From positions 10,292,001 to 10,356,000 of the forward strand of contig JAGIQG010000040.1 in NCBI GenBank assembly GCA_024679065.1: DNA of 64,000 bases, given 5' to 3'. The position numbers were made by a program, and so were the translations under genes. Below the pieces are notes generated by a model. The model saw only the letters and a list, made by a program, of their open reading frames with translations. It did not search any database and was not told the DNA's origin. Each line of letters begins with the position of its first letter. Within the stretch, counting starts at the first letter, position 1. This DNA comes from Sphyrna mokarran. Lineage: Eukaryota. Shown here in pieces: positions 1 to 14,016 of the stretch.

Positions 1-900
1 TACACACACACACACACGAACACATATATACGCATGTACATGCACAATTGACATGCACTTGTACAAACAGGCAGGAAAGCAACATGCGCTCAAATAATCA
101 CGTATACAAAAACATACACATATGGAAATGCAAACACACAAGTACACAAACACACACACACACACACAAAAAAAAAATATGCGAATAAGTACATAGGACC
201 AACTCAAACAGATACATGTATATTCACATTACAGACAGATGCACATGCATGCAGATCCACATACATACAGTTAGATAAACACGTTATCAGGATTATAGGT
301 ATAGAGACACGTAATGTTCTGCACATTAACACTCAAACATGGAAAATACATATAAACACATTAACATCTGCACATAGATGGCCAGAGTCAAACTTCTACA
401 CGCAAAACAAGCTTATACAGAACGCAACACCATAGCACACATGGAAACATAAACATACATCAACACATCGTTATGAAGAGCTAGCAGCAGATATATACAT
501 ACACTAACAAGTTAACAGACATGCATACAATCAGACGGAGGAACAGACGCACAGAGAATGGGAAGAAAACCATCCTCGTGTGACAGAAATTAACACGTTA
601 AATAGGCATGATCACATGCACACATTGTGAGTGGAATTAGTAAATATGCATAGATTTCACACAATGAGAACCATATCGCCACGTTGTCAGCAGAATAAAA
701 TGTACACAGATGCAGACACACAACTACACAATTCAACAAGCACAGGCAAATGAACACATTCATTAACCCTCATACACACACATTAACGCAGGACCAAAGG
801 TTAATGCAGACCACGAGATGCTCATGCATAAGCATACAAACACAAATTGCACCGATAAACACGTTGAAAAACTAAATTTAAGCTAATGATCTACTAACCA
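1..900. repeat. CA-rich low-complexity intronic DNA (CH4-TM intron of the left IgM cluster)
   Basis: CA/ACAC-rich sequence; inverted homolog of ~46500-47450, which lies in the CH4-TM intron of the right cluster. Confidence 0.7.
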
Positions 901-1320
901 TTTCCACCACCAATGAAAAAAGATCAGAAATTACATCCAGCTCTTAAACAGCAGCATTCACAATTTACAGATCAGTCACCATCTGTGAAAACAATCATTG
1001 ATCAGTGAAATTTTCCTGATATCACTCATAAGATTCTGCTATAAGGAATAGTGGCAAACAGTTCAAAAATGAACTGACACTCAAGAAAACATCTTCAATG
1101 TTTTTGACATGGACTGTCCAAGGAATGTACATAAAGATCAGGTGTGAAATTACGGAGATCGGTTATTGAGTGCCCTGAATTTAACAGTAGATATACAATG
1201 AAAATTATACAACAGAATAAATTAACCGTTTATGAAGGAGAACGGGGAAAGAAAAGTAACAATAAGATTCCCTGGATAAATAAAGCAATCTAATTTCATT
1301 TCCCGGCCTCCCTCCTCTAG

Positions 1321-1457
1321 ACTCTATCGACCCCAACTGGATTAACGACAATGAGGATGATAACAGCAACACCTGGACAACTGCTTCCACATTCATCGTC
1401 CTGTTCTTCCTGAGCATTTTGTACAGTACTGCCGTCACTCTGGTGAAGGTGAAATGA
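1321..1457 (+). CDS. ighm: IgM-type heavy chain transmembrane/cytoplasmic exon of a neighbouring cluster (rest lies left of the window)
   Basis: Acceptor cctccctcctctag|; phase-1 translation [45 protein letters not shown], with the conserved antigen-receptor TM motif and KVK tail. Confidence 0.92.
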
Positions 1458-2070
1458 TCCAATTTACTCACATTTCAATCTGGCAGAATGAATTTGAAAA
1501 ATCTCAGAATCTTTCACTGATTAAGAACCCTAACTTTAATGTCCCGCATCATCAGCATCTGCTTCATTCTTGTATCTTTCTTTTACAGGTCAAGTAATGA
1601 ATTGATTTCTGGACGCTGTAGATTCACCACATCTGATAATCCAAACCTCAGAATGACACAAATACAATATCTACTCTTGGTGACTCTATTAGAAAAATTC
1701 TCTCAGTTTTTCGTTCTGAATCTGTAACTGGTGCATTATAGACGTTATTTCAGTTTTCAGTGTAAAATGTAAAATGAGGCATGTTTTTGTTATAATGTAA
1801 TTGTGGTTAATAGTTTGCCCCTAGTTTACATATCATGTATTAATAAGAAACCTTTATCATTCCTTATTCACATTTGTTAATTCCTCGTTCTAATAAGATT
1901 CTGTTTTCTCTTCCTCGTGTATGTAACAGATGTACAAATATTGACGGATTCCCTGTACGTGTTCTGTTCTCAATGTGAAGCTCGATCGTTATGTCACTTT
2001 TCTAACTTTAAAAAATAATTTCGCTGTAAAATATTCTCTGATTTTTTAAAATATATATATATATATATAG

Positions 2071-2076
2071 AATAAA
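2071..2076 (+). terminator. polyadenylation signal of the left membrane-IgM transcript
   Basis: AATAAA ~610 nt after the stop codon; conserved at the equivalent position in the paralog (44416-44421). Confidence 0.65.
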
Positions 2077-3049
2077 ACTTCAACCATCTCTAGCTTGGTT
2101 TAATTCCGTTCTCCAAATCCCATCCACTCCACTCCATTTTCCCGATTGTACGGTTTCCCCCCTTTTCCCAGTCATGTGTGAAATGTGGTCGGACGCAAGG
2201 CCGTTCAGTGAAAGAGTCACTCTGTCATCCAGTGGCCAATCTGTGTAAAGACACTTTCATCTCAGCGTTTTTCTGATAAAACCCAGAGACAGAATGAGTG
2301 AAGAATGAGGAGAATCTCGGTGATTTCACTCATAAACTAGTCTGCCGCTGACCGAGTTTCAGCTAACTCTAAACAGCTAAGATTTTTGCTTCATCAGAGG
2401 CCGACGCAGGGTACTGTGAGGCAGCAGATATTTTCCTTTACACTGCCCCTTTAAAACACTATCAGAATCGCTGCAGCGTGGGTTAACAGTGTGAATCTCT
2501 ACATTTCGTCCGATGAAATACGTATAAGGCAGGAATACTACAAGATAGAAAACACATACAGAACAGAGATGCAAACCATGAAGTGAAACCAACAGACTGA
2601 TGTGTATTTTACATAAGTGCATAATAGATTACAAATTTCCAAATTATGACTAGTGTTATGGGATAATTTGAGGTGACCAATACTGTCTTTAACTACAGAC
2701 AATATAAAACTCACGAGGCAGATATTTCTGTGTAAGGACGGAACATTTATTTAAAACCTAAACACAACAAGCGGCTGCTTGGAGTTGACAAAAAGGGTTA
2801 AGTGGCTCTGGGAATACAGCGGCAGGTCCTTTCCATTGAATCTAATGTGTACAATCAATAACAGATCAATTACAGATTTTCTTATCGATCATTCCCGCCT
2901 CATATTAGTTTAAAAACCAATTACGTTCAGTAAGCATACATCAGTAGTAATTGCTGACAGGTTTCTCAGCCAATGGATCTCCTTCATCCATTTAAATCGG
3001 AGGCTGACTCATCTGTAATCAGTACCTGGGAGAATCAGGAAGATGAAAT

Positions 3050-3345
3050 AGAGTCAGAATTACAGAGGTTTATAGCATGGAAGCAGGCCCTTCGGCTCAA
3101 CATGTCTATGCCGGCCTTTTTAAATTAATAAACTTTTCGTCCCAATTGCCCACTTTTGGCCCATAATACTCAATAGTTATCTTACACATGTAACTCTCTA
3201 AGCGCTTTTGTTAAGACAAAATCGCATCCTCCTCTGCTACTACTTCTGGCAGCTTGTTCGAGACACTCACGACCATTTGTGTGAAAAAAATGTCTCTCTG
3301 GATCCTTTTATGCCTCTCTCCTCGCACCTTAAACTAGTTTAAACT
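3050..3345 (-). mobile_element. CR1/HER1-like LINE 3' fragment shared with the paralogous copy at ~42700-43408
   Basis: LINE 3'-tail motif (gaagcaggcccttcggc) at the same position in both halves of the inverted duplication. Confidence 0.55.
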
Positions 3346-3726
3346 CCACTGCATTTGATCACAACAATTTAAATTCCCTTTGTTTTGCTATTTATATGTG
3401 ACACCTCTGTCACTCACTCCACACTCACACCCCTCACCAGTGCATTCTAAATATCGTCCTAATTTCTTTGGCTTCAGCTCTGACCAATGGTCATCCAGAC
3501 ATCAAACGTAAACTCTATTCACTGTTTACAGGTGTTTTCAGGCTTGTTGAGATTTTCCAGCATTTTTTATTCTTGTTTCAGATTCCATAACAGCAGTAAA
3601 TTTCATTATATCAAGAGACACTTATCAGACAGACTTGTCCCTGGTTTACAAAAAAAAACCCGCTGAAGTAGAAACAGAATCCCAAATTCGCATGGCTAGA
3701 TTGGACTAAAGTTTTTGCAAGCAGTT

Positions 3727-3783
3727 TCTCTGGTGTTTTTTAATCGGCGCTTTTATGCAGCAGTTCGATTCCCGGTCAGGGAA
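3727..3783 (+). pseudogene. decayed tRNA-Glu
   Basis: 5' tctctggtg, tcggcgcttt and 3' gttcgattcccggtcagggaa match tRNA-Glu; internal deletions. Confidence 0.55.
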
Positions 3784-3949
3784 ATATTGTTTTGTTGCAG
3801 CACATGGTTGAAGTGGAGTTGGAATTACTTTCTGATCGAAAACATGAGTGACATTGCTGTCAGTTTGAAGAGCAGGGAGAAAAAATACATTCTATAATCC
3901 CGTCAATTACACACTTCAATGTATATTTGCGTCGGCTCTTTTGATTCCT

Positions 3950-4235
3950 CCAGAAGGAGGCCGTTCGGTCCATCGAGTCCGCACTGACAACAATCCCACC
4001 CACGCCCTATTCCCGAAAACCCACATATTTTCCCTGCTATTCCTGCTGGTACTTGGGTCAATTTAGCATGGCCAAACAACCTAACCCACACATCTTTAGA
4101 ACGGAAACGGGGAGCACCAGGAGAAAACCAATTCAGGCACGGTGAGAACGTGCAAACTGTGCACAGACGGTGACCCGAGAAATTTAACCTTATTCCTGGC
4201 GCTGTGAGGTATCAGTACTAACCACTATGCTGCCC
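3950..4235 (-). mobile_element. HE1-like tRNA-derived SINE
   Basis: tRNA-like head (taaccact...ctgtgagg), body gtgcaaact/ggagcacc and CR1-type tail (aggccgttcggtcc). Confidence 0.65.
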
Positions 4236-5760
4236 TTTCTACTGCATTCAATTTTGCTGCAGCTTACTGTGTCTGAAGAACAATGTTACTATCAGCCTGT
4301 GATAAACCATCTTGTGGCAATTCTGCTGAACAATATTAAATTATCACCGTTAATGGATAGTTCCAATTTGGGTGTCGTTGCTTTTAAACTTTGCTGCATT
4401 TCTGGTGAAATCCAGCTCTCTCCATGTCTCTTATCATAGGAAGGAATTCAACTGGAGGGGAGGGAACTGATCACCAGTAGCCCAGCGATCCAATACTTTC
4501 TACTCAATCATCAATAACACCATTCACAGTTGCATCTCATTTCAAATACTGTGATCCATTTCCCTCTGGATTTGTTCCAAGATTTAATATTTTTTCTTGC
4601 ATTCTTCTAATTTCGACGTAAGATTCGCTTCAATATACAACACAGGTGTATATACAACATAAATGGAAGTACAAACCTGAGGCTAACCGTGGGAAACAAG
4701 TCACTGGATAACACAAATCCATGCTGCTCATTTCCAGATTCACAACACTCAGCTTTCAATCTGATTGTACAACTTACCCCGAACATCAAAATTTAAAGCA
4801 TTCGTCTTGCAAATATCTAAGGGAGCAATGATTTCCAACCATTCCATGATTCTCGTCTTCCTTCGAATAATCTCAATCAGTTGTACTCAGTAATAAAAAC
4901 AAATTACTACGGATGCCGGAACCGGCAACGAAAAAAGGAAAACTCTGGCATGTCTCGCAAGGTCTGGCAGTATCTATAAGGAGGGAAAGGAGCTAAAGTT
5001 TCGAGTCGAGATGACATTTTGTCAAAACTCATTGTACAATCGTACTCAGTATTTGTTTCACTATTTAGTATCAATATATTATTTAACACATTATTAAATG
5101 GCTTATGTCTAGAATTGAACATCACAGAATTGCAAACGTAACTGACCAACAAAATGAATCGAGTCACCGGGTAATACAGATCGCAATTTTATGACTGAAC
5201 AGTCAGCTTTTTTTAAGTCAACTAGATCAAAATGGAAGTGATTTAAGAATTATCTGTTGGTGACCCTTGAGCCTTTTTTGTTATGGACGTGAAACATTCA
5301 GGCACATAAATTCCTTTATAGGAACATCAAGTAGGTCCGCACTGAGTATCGAATACCTCATCTGTCAGAATGGTTTTTCCTGTTTCTTAGTGGTGAAAAA
5401 AGAGATTTACAAAAGATTTTTATTAGAAATGTGCGTTATTTCCTCCAGTTCAATTATAGTATCACTTGTATCTGTCTGTTTGAGCACACTCTACTATCAG
5501 ATATTTCAGATGGTGATTAACCATATTAGTCTGCACCCATAAACCCAATAAATTCTGTTGTAGACTGAACGAGGTGCGAAGATGTGATCGGTGTCAAAAT
5601 CGAACTTTCCTGTTAAATAAAACATCAAATAAAAAGTGTTCATTATTTCATAGAAATCATTTGAGGGTGAAGTCAGAGAAAAGGTAATATGCCTTTAACA
5701 TCGAGGTTCGGATAACGTTGAGCAACAAACAGATTTCTCGACATGAGAAAGCCTAATGCA

Positions 5761-5833
5761 TGTTTCTGCCTGGTTTCGAACCAGGGACCTTTCGCGTGTT
5801 AGGCGAACGTGATAACCACTACACTACAGAAAC
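5761..5833 (-). tRNA. trnav-aac: tRNA-Val(AAC)
   Basis: GTTTCTGTAGTGTAGTGGTTATCACGTTCGCCT-AAC-ACGCGAAAGGTCCCTGGTTCGAAACCAGGCAGAAACA; 73 nt with intact stems. Confidence 0.93.
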
Positions 5834-6129
5834 AGCTTGAAGTACGTTGCAGCGAATCTGGTTGTCTGCAATATTCAACAACGCTGTGTTGCTGCAGGTT
5901 CCCATGGTTAGACTGAGAGCCCCTGTCAGTGAATTCAGGAAGATAACCGTTACTTTCAATCGGATTGCACGCCTTATCCCGAACATGAAAATTTAAAAGT
6001 GTTCGTCTCCAAAATATCTGAGGGAGCAATGATTTCTGCCCATTCATTAATGGATCATTCTGATCTTACTCTGAATAATCTCAATCAATTGTACTCAGTA
6101 ATAAAAGCAAACTACTGCGTGTACTAGAA

Positions 6130-6193
6130 ACACTTTTGAACCAGGAAACTTTCGCGTGTTGGGAGAAAGTGATAACCACTTCATTACAGAGAC
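6130..6193 (-). pseudogene. decayed tRNA-Val(AAC) in a tandem duplicate
   Basis: Many substitutions, 3' acceptor strand lost; shares flank with 5761-5833. Confidence 0.7.
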
Positions 6194-6407
6194 AGCTGGA
6201 AGCAAGAAACAGCAACCCTGCCTACCTGCAATGTTCAACTGCGCTGTGTTGCTGCAGGTTCCAATGATTAGACTGAGAGCCCATGTCACTTAATTCAGGA
6301 AGATAATCGTTATTTTCAATCTGATTGAACATCAAAATTTAAAAGCGTTGGCCTGGCAAATATCTAAGGGAACAATGATGTTTGCCCCTTCATTAACGCG
6401 TCATTTT

Positions 6408-6815
6408 CATCAGCGCACTCACACTAAGAGAAGCCATTCATCTATCCCCAGTGTGGGAAGCGATTCACTCAGTCTTTAAGCTGCTGACACATCAGCAGAT
6501 TCACACTGAGAACAGACTATTCATCTGCTCTGAATATGGAAAGGGATTTGCGCGACCGTTCCACCTGCTGACACACAAGTGCGTTCACACTGGGGAAAAG
6601 CTATTCACCTGCCCTGAGTGTGGAAAGGGATTTATTGATCATCCCCATGTGCTGATACATCAGTGAGTTCACACCAATGAGAGACCCTTCTCCTGCTCCG
6701 AATGTGGGAAGGGATTTATTAATTCATCTACTCTGAAGGCAAACCAGCAAATTAACACCGTGGAGAAATCTTTCACATGCTCCACATGTGGAAAGTGCTT
6801 TGTACGATCATAAAG
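6408..6815 (+). pseudogene. C2H2 (Kruppel-type) zinc-finger gene relic
   Basis: [16 protein letters not shown]-type repeats, in-frame TGA at 6664-6666, frameshift at the start, truncated by a LINE. Confidence 0.8.
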
Positions 6816-6835
6816 TATTTTGTTCGATCATAAAG

Positions 6836-8612
6836 AATGGCCAGGGTGAGGTTAGGGCCAGTCAAAGATAGTAGTGGGAACTTGTGCATGGAGTCAGAAG
6901 AGATAATTGAGGTGTTGAATGAATACTGTTCTTCAGTGTTCACTAAGGAAAGCAGCCATATTTTTGAGGAAGAATGTGTGATACAGGCTGATAGGATGGA
7001 AGAGATATATATTCTGAGGGAAGATGTATTCGCAATTTTGAAAAGCCCGAGGGACGATAAGTCCCTTGGATCAGATGGGTTACATCTTAGGATACTTTGG
7101 GAGGCAAAGAATGAGATTGCAGAGACTTTAGCTTTGATCTTTGGTCCTCACTGTTCACATTGATAGTGCTAGAGGACCGGAGAGTGGCAAATGTTGTTCC
7201 GCTTTTCAAGAAAGGAAATGGGAATTACCCTGGTAATTATAGGCCAATTAGTCTTACTTCTGCAGTTGGTAAGTTAATGGAAAGTGTCCTTAGAGATAGA
7301 ATTTATGACCATATGGAAAGATTCAGTTTAATCCAGGATAGTCAGCACGGTGTCGTGAGGAATAAGTCCTGTCTCACAAATTTGATTGAATTCTTTAAGG
7401 AGGTAACTAAGTGTGTGGACGAAGGTAGAGCTGTTGATGTTATTTACATGGATTTTAGTAAGACGTTTGATAAGTTTCCTCATGGTAGGCTCATGAAGAA
7501 GATACGGAGGTGTTGGATAGGAGGAACTTTGGCCAATTGAACAAGTAACTGGTTGTAACATAGAAGACAGAGGGTGGTGGTGGAGGGAAAGTTTTCAAAC
7601 TGGAGGCCAGTTACTTGCAGTGTACCACAGGGATCAGTCCTGTGTCCTCTGTTTTCCTGTGATTTTTACCAATGACTTGGAAGAAGAGACTCAAGGGTGG
7701 GTTAGTAAATTTGCTGACGACACCAAGATTGATGGAATTATGGATGAGATGGAGGGCTCTTGCCGGCTGCAAAGAGATATTGATGGAATGTAGAGCTGGG
7801 CTGAAAAGTGGCAGATTCAGTTTAAACCTGATAAGAGTGAGGTGATTAATTTTGGTAGGACAAACTGGAATGCAGATTACAGGGTCAACAGCAGGGTTCT
7901 AAGGAATGTGGAGGAACAGAATGATCTTGGGATTCATATCTACAGATCACTGAAAGTTGCCAATGAAATGAATAGAGCTGTAAAGAAGGCTTACAGTGTG
8001 TTAGTGTTTATTAACCGGGGGGGTTGAGTTTAAGAGCCATGGGGTTATGCTGCAACTATACCGGACGTTGGTGACACCACATTTGGAGTATTGTGTGCAG
8101 TTCTGGACACCTCATTATAAGAAGGATGCGGAAGCATTGGAGAGAATGCAGCGGAGATTTACCAGGATGCTGCCTAGTTTGGAGGATGGGTTTTATGAGG
8201 AAAGGTTGATGGAGCTGGGACTTTTCTCTTTGGACTGGTGGAGGCGACTTACTGGAGGTTTATAAGATGATGAGAGGGATTGATAGAGTAGACGTGCAGA
8301 GAATACTTCCTCGCGTCAATGTAGCGTGTTACTAGAATTCATAAACATAAGGTTCAAATATGGTGGGAGATATAGGAGGGATGTCCGAGGTACATTCTTT
8401 ACTCAGAGAATGATTGGGACGTGGAATAGGCTGCCTGCTATGATCGTGCAGTCGGATACTTTAGGAACTTCCAAGAGGATATTGGATAGGCAAATGGAGC
8501 ACTCCAGAATTATAAGGAGGAAATAGCTTGACCTTCTATCCGGACATAGAACGGCACAACGTTGAGGGCCGAAAGGCCTGTACTCTGCTGTAATGTTCTT
8601 TGTTTCTATGTT
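6836..8612 (+). mobile_element. degraded CR1/HER1-like LINE (RT domain to 3' tail)
   Basis: NYRPISLTS, VIYMDFSK, FADDT and LEYCVQFW motifs across frameshifted ORFs; tgttct tail. Confidence 0.9.
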
Positions 8613-8793
8613 TGCCGATGGTGCAATGTGGAGGTACCAAACAATGAACGAATCTGTTTGTTCACCGGCCTGTAACTAAGGTATAGGTTCCAACTTAATT
8701 AAACCTCTGGAGACACTCACTTAGAATAAATGTGGGACACAATGAAATCACCGCTAAACTCAGGTTAAACTTCATTTCAATTGTTGGGAGAGG

Positions 8794-8863
8794 ATGCATG
8801 GACCAGCAAAAGGTATCTTCTTCGCCATTTCTTATCCCATTCTCGCTGTCATTGGTGTTCCTG
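8794..8863 (+). CDS. GPR139-like GPCR gene A, exon 1
   Basis: MHGPAKGIFFAISYPILAVIGVP, matching exon 1 of paralogs B and C; donor is G|GCAGGT rather than GT. Confidence 0.7.
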
Positions 8864-10074
8864 GCAGGTGAAAAATCCCAAATCATTCTCATGACTTGAA
8901 GTGTATGGCGTTGCATAAACATTAACATTTTATTGTTGAACATTCAGTTTTATTCCAATGTAGTAAAATGCGATCCAGTGTTTTCAGTATTGTGCAGAAT
9001 AAAGTCTATAATGTGGCCTGTATTTCATCCACTAAGTATGCACAGTCTCAGAAAAATAAGTTATTGCAATCTAATAATTCAATTAGATGCATTGACATAG
9101 AGCTTACATTTAGTGGTTACATGAAACGATGTTGCGAACTCCAGCAGTTTATAATTGTTGATCTGTAGTGAGGTGGCAATGAGCTGCCCACATTGTTACT
9201 GAGATTTTAAAAATTAAGAATCAATTATTGAAACTTTTGAAAAAAGGTGAGGGGGTTATGCATATGCATTTTGTCTTCTGTTAGTAAGACTGGTAAATTT
9301 CCAGTAATTATATTTTTAATCACTAGATGTAGATATGGCAAGGCGAATATATCTTATCCATGTCCAGCTTTCATTTGAGAAGGCGATGAGGTGTTTGTTT
9401 CTTCAGATATCCGGATAAATAGAATGGGGACACTTCACAAGGCTTTCCAAATTAACTTTATACTGACAGACAAAATGTCTTTGAATTTTTCAACGAATTT
9501 ATTTTCTGAAGATCGTCCTGAAGCACAAGGGAAAGTTTAGTCTTTGAAAGAAGGGCTACCAGAGGTTAGAGTCTTAGCAGGAAAGGCAAATTGAAAATCG
9601 GGGCATTGAAGTCCACACTTAGAGATATGGTGTGACCTCAGTTAGTTGTAGCATGTTACCAACATCTGGAACGGCGAGATGTTGGAGGGGTTTAAAATTT
9701 GAAGGGCGAGATTATAAAAACAGACGCTGCCTGAAGGAGGGCTGATAGGGCTGATAGGGCTGATGGATGGATGGGATTAGTACGAAGAAGAATAGTGAGA
9801 GTATATTTTGGGAGAATCTGAAATTTGATAGTTATCAGAGGGGATCAACTCAGTGACCAGAGCGCAGAGATAAAATTTGGCCTGATTGCCCCTAATCTAA
9901 AATAACTTTAATCCAGTTTTGAATTTAGTGCCATTGCCAAACTTTGCAGTCAATGGAGAGTGGAGTTGGGAACATGAAAGATGGGGTCGTTCTCAGTAAC
10001 TGATTGGATAGAGCAGCAGTTGGTGTTTACAGGCCTCTCAGTAACACCTCTCTCTGTTTCTTTCTATCTCACAG

Positions 10075-10964
10075 CCAACTTGGTGACGATCGTAATCTTA
10101 TCCCGAGGACGGTGCGGGCTGTCACGGTGCATCATCTACTATCTTATCGCAATGGCATTGACTGATTTCCTTGTCATCATCACTGCCGCAATCCTCAACA
10201 GGATTGGCCGCATCTACTTTCAGAACAGCGTCCTGTCTCACATCTCCGGATGTACATTCAGCAATCTGCTGGTCTATTTTACCCGGGATGCGTCCGTCTG
10301 GTTGACAGTGGCTTTCACCATCGACCGTTTTGTGGCCATCTGCTGCCAGAGGCTAAAGACCAGATACTGTACCGAGAAAACAGCATTGCTGGTTATAGGA
10401 ATAGTCTGCATCCTGAGCTGTGTCAGGAATGTCCCTTTCTACTTCGCTTACCAGCCCTTGTACACCCTGGACGGGGTTCCCTGGTTCTGTGTTTTTAAGT
10501 TCAGTTATTACATACTGCCCGCCTGGCAGGCCTATGACTGGCTGGATAGCATCTTTACTCCATTTCTCCCGTTCCTCCTCATCCTGCTTCTTAACGCTCT
10601 GACCGTTAAACACATCTTAGCGGCCAGCAGAGCTCGCAGGAGACTCCAGGGCACGGAGAGTCACGGAGATCCAGAGATGGCCAACTGCAAGAGGTCTATC
10701 ATCCTGCTCTTCGTCATCGCCCTCAGCTTCCTCCTCCTCTGGGTCACCTACGTCATACACTTCCTCTGTGTGTGGATTACAGGTGAGGGTTACCACACCA
10801 GCCTGGATTTCAAAGACCCACGGTACATCTTTCAGGAAAGAGCAAACATGCTTCAGGTAGTCAGTTCCTGTAACAATGTCTTCATCTACGCAGTCACCCA
10901 GACCAAGTTCCGAGAGGACATGAAGAAGGTTCTGCTATGGCCCTTCAGCAAGTTCACTGGCTAA
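10075..10964 (+). CDS. GPR139-like class A GPCR gene A, exon 2
   Basis: Acceptor ctcacag|; ANLVTIVILSRGRCGLS, WLTVAFTIDRFVAIC, SSCNNVFIY; open to stop; 319 aa when joined to exon 1. Confidence 0.9.
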
Positions 10965-11169
10965 GAAAGACATCAGCACGTTCTTGGGTTTCATCAACTT
11001 GTACTCCGTCTCTCTGAAATCAGAAACTATTGGGCTTTATATACAGGACTTAAGAGATATAAGGCCCATAATGCAGTGCTCACAGCCCCAGTTATTGCTC
11101 TGAACGAATGCTGAGTTATCACAGCTGCAAACTTCCTAGAAGAGATAATGTAGTGATGGAGACTTTCAG

Positions 11170-12060
11170 CATTGAAAGAGGCCCTTCCGCCATTTAACAC
11201 CAATCTAATCAAATCCCATTTTGCATCAATTGGTTCTCTTCCTTGCATGCTATAACGGTTCAAGTGTTCATTTAAATGCTTCTTAAACGTGAGGGTTCTT
11301 CGCCCTGCTATACGTTAAGGCAGCGAGTTCCCGATTCCCACCACCCTCTTGATGAGGTTTTTTTTTGTCTCTCTGCAAATCCCCTGTCCATATCATGCTC
11401 CTTTCCTTAGACCTATGCCTCTGGTTCTTGACACCCGTACTAAGCGGAATGGTTATTCTCATCTGGCTTATTTTTATCCCTCATAGTTTGGTACAAATCA
11501 GTGAGGTGCCTCTCATCCTTCTCCACTTTAAGGAAAACAATCCCAGCCTATCTGGCCTCTTTTCATCACTGCAAACTTCAGCCCAGGCATCATCCTGTTG
11601 AATATCTTTAATATCCTTTCTAATAGAACCACATCTGTATGTGTAGTGAACCGAATCCTCGAATGTGTGGTGAACCGAAACTATTCTCCTTGTTAAAGTA
11701 GTTCAGCACCAGTATCACCCTAATGAATCTGTACATGGTACACTAACCGTGGCATCATGGGAGTTTATACAGCTCCAGCATAACTTCTGTGTTCTATTTA
11801 TCAATGCCTCTGCTAATAAAGGATTATTGGAGAGCATTCTTCAAGAAGGATCTATTCCCATGTGGAAAAAAGTGGACGTATTAGAACATAGAATATAGAA
11901 TACTACAACACAGGCTCTTCGGCCCACAAATTGTGCCGATCATATTCCTACCTACCAGGCCTATTTATAACCCTCAATCCCTTTAAGTCACATGTACTTA
12001 TCGATAAGTCTTTTAAAAGTCCCCAATGAGTTTGCTCATCCAGAAGTATCTTAAAAGAGC
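11170..12060 (-). mobile_element. old CR1-like LINE fragments
   Basis: Reverse-strand LINE 3' region and an (agaacat)n tail near 11882. Confidence 0.55.
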
Positions 12061-12099
12061 CCAACGAGTTCACATTCGTGATCGGCATCATGAGTTTGT

Positions 12100-13345
12100 G
12101 CAAGGGGAGATCGGTGTTCCACTAACTTCGTCGAGTTTATCGAATAATATGCAAATGAGAGTAAGATAGTGGATGTTATCCACCTGGACTTCAGTAAGGT
12201 CTTTACATGGTCCTTCACAACAAACTGGTGCAGACATGAAGTCACATGGATAAGAGGTGAGCTGACAAGGTGGGTACAAAACTGTCATCGGTCAAACAAG
12301 ACCGAGTGTCGCATTGGGAGAAGTATGTCTTTGAATGAGAGTTTATGACAAGTGGCATTCCTCAGGATAGAGCTGGGAACTTTGCTACACCAGGAAGGGT
12401 TTCTTAGGGGATTCATCTTGTTGCTCTTTGTAACATTGCGTATGACACAAAGGTATAAGTTTGCGGACAATTCAAAAATTGGTAGATTAGCAGGTAGCCC
12501 TGAGGACTATAAGAGGATACAGGAAGGTATAGATCGATTTGAGACTTGGGTGGAGAGGTGACAAATGGAGTTTAATCAGATAAATGTGAGGCAATGCATT
12601 TTGGACAGCCTAATACAGATAGTAAATATAGTAAATGGCAGATTCCTCAAGATAGGCAAAGGGACCTGATGTACAGGTGCAGAGGTCACTGAAAGTGGCA
12701 ATGCAGGTGGAGAAAATAGTCAAAAAGACATTTGGCATGCTTGTCTTCATGGGCCGGGGCATTGAGTTTAAAAATTGGCAAGCAATGTTGCAGCTTTATA
12801 GAGCCTTATTTAGGCTGCACTTAGAACACATTGCTCAATTCTGGTCACCACACTATCAGGAAGATGTGGAAGCCTTGGAAAAGGTGCAGAAAAGATGTAC
12901 TAGCTTGTTGTCTCGTGGGGAGGGCATCAGATATAAGGAGGGATTGGAAAAACGTAATTTGATCTCACTGGAATGACCGAGTTTGAGGGCTGACCTGATA
13001 GATGTCTATAAGGTTATTAGAGGGATGGACAGAATGGATAATCAGAAGCTTTTTTCTCGGGGTATAAGAGTCAATTGTTCGGGGGCACAGGTTCAAGGTG
13101 CGAGGGCAAAGTTTAAAGGAGATGTACGAGGCAGATTTTTTACAAACAGGGTGCTGCGTGCCTGGAACCCGTTGCCGAGGAAAGTAGTGGAAGTGGATAC
13201 GAAAGTCACTTTTAAGAGCGTCTTGACAACTACATGAATAGGATGGAAATGGAGGGTATGGGTTTTATTTCAATCGTGGCAGCATGATCAGTGCAGGCCT
13301 GGAGGGACGAAAGGGCCCGTTCCTGTGCTGTCATTTTCTTTGTTT
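12100..13345 (+). mobile_element. degraded CR1-like LINE
   Basis: KFADNSKIG, QFWSPHYQEDVEALEK and RGRFFT fragments; 3' tail. Confidence 0.85.
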
Positions 13346-14016
13346 TTACTCGAAAGCCTGAATAACAAATGGTGAATGATTTTGGCGCTTAATTAATCAT
13401 TTCACGAATTTATTGGCGGAAGTGAATGGCAGAAAGTTCAATGAAGAATTGTATCCTTACAGTAATATTTAGGGGTATATCCTGATATAAAACAAATAGA
13501 TTTATGTTAAAGTTTGAAGGAAACTATGTTGAAACCAACAATATTTGTGCATTGTGAGGCACACTCAAGTCCCAACATTTAAACATTAACGTTGATCTTA
13601 AAAGAAAAAAATATACCATGATAATTCCAATGCGGGTAAGATAGTCTGTTGGTTATTCGGTGCAGATTCAATGGGTCATATGACCTTCTTCTGCACTGCC
13701 ATGTCTGCCTACCCATTATTTCCAACTTTCCATACTTCCTTGAATCTCAACACCCCATCTAGACTGTAAATTTTGGATATAAAAAGTGTTGGATTGAAGG
13801 GGGTTAAGTGAAGTTGTTTGTTTAGTGACTGTAATTGACATGAATCTCCATGGATCCTGTTAGTGTGCCTGGAGGGATTTCCCTCTTCTATTAATAGAGG
13901 ATTCCATTCAATGTGTTGACCTATTGAGTGAGCGGGAGAGCAACATCTCCTATATAACAGAGATCAGCGGCTGTGGAGAGAGAGGGAGGGAGAAGAGAGA
14001 TCAGAATCTGGGAGCA

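Noticed and set aside
1205-1471. 88-aa minus-strand ORF with a 70-aa counterpart at 46006-46218
   Set aside because: Antisense shadows of the two IgM TM exons; the similarity comes from the duplication
2377-2622. 81-aa ORF similar to the 96-aa ORF at 43869-44159
   Set aside because: Both lie in duplicated downstream flank; they diverge in frame and end and show no domain motif
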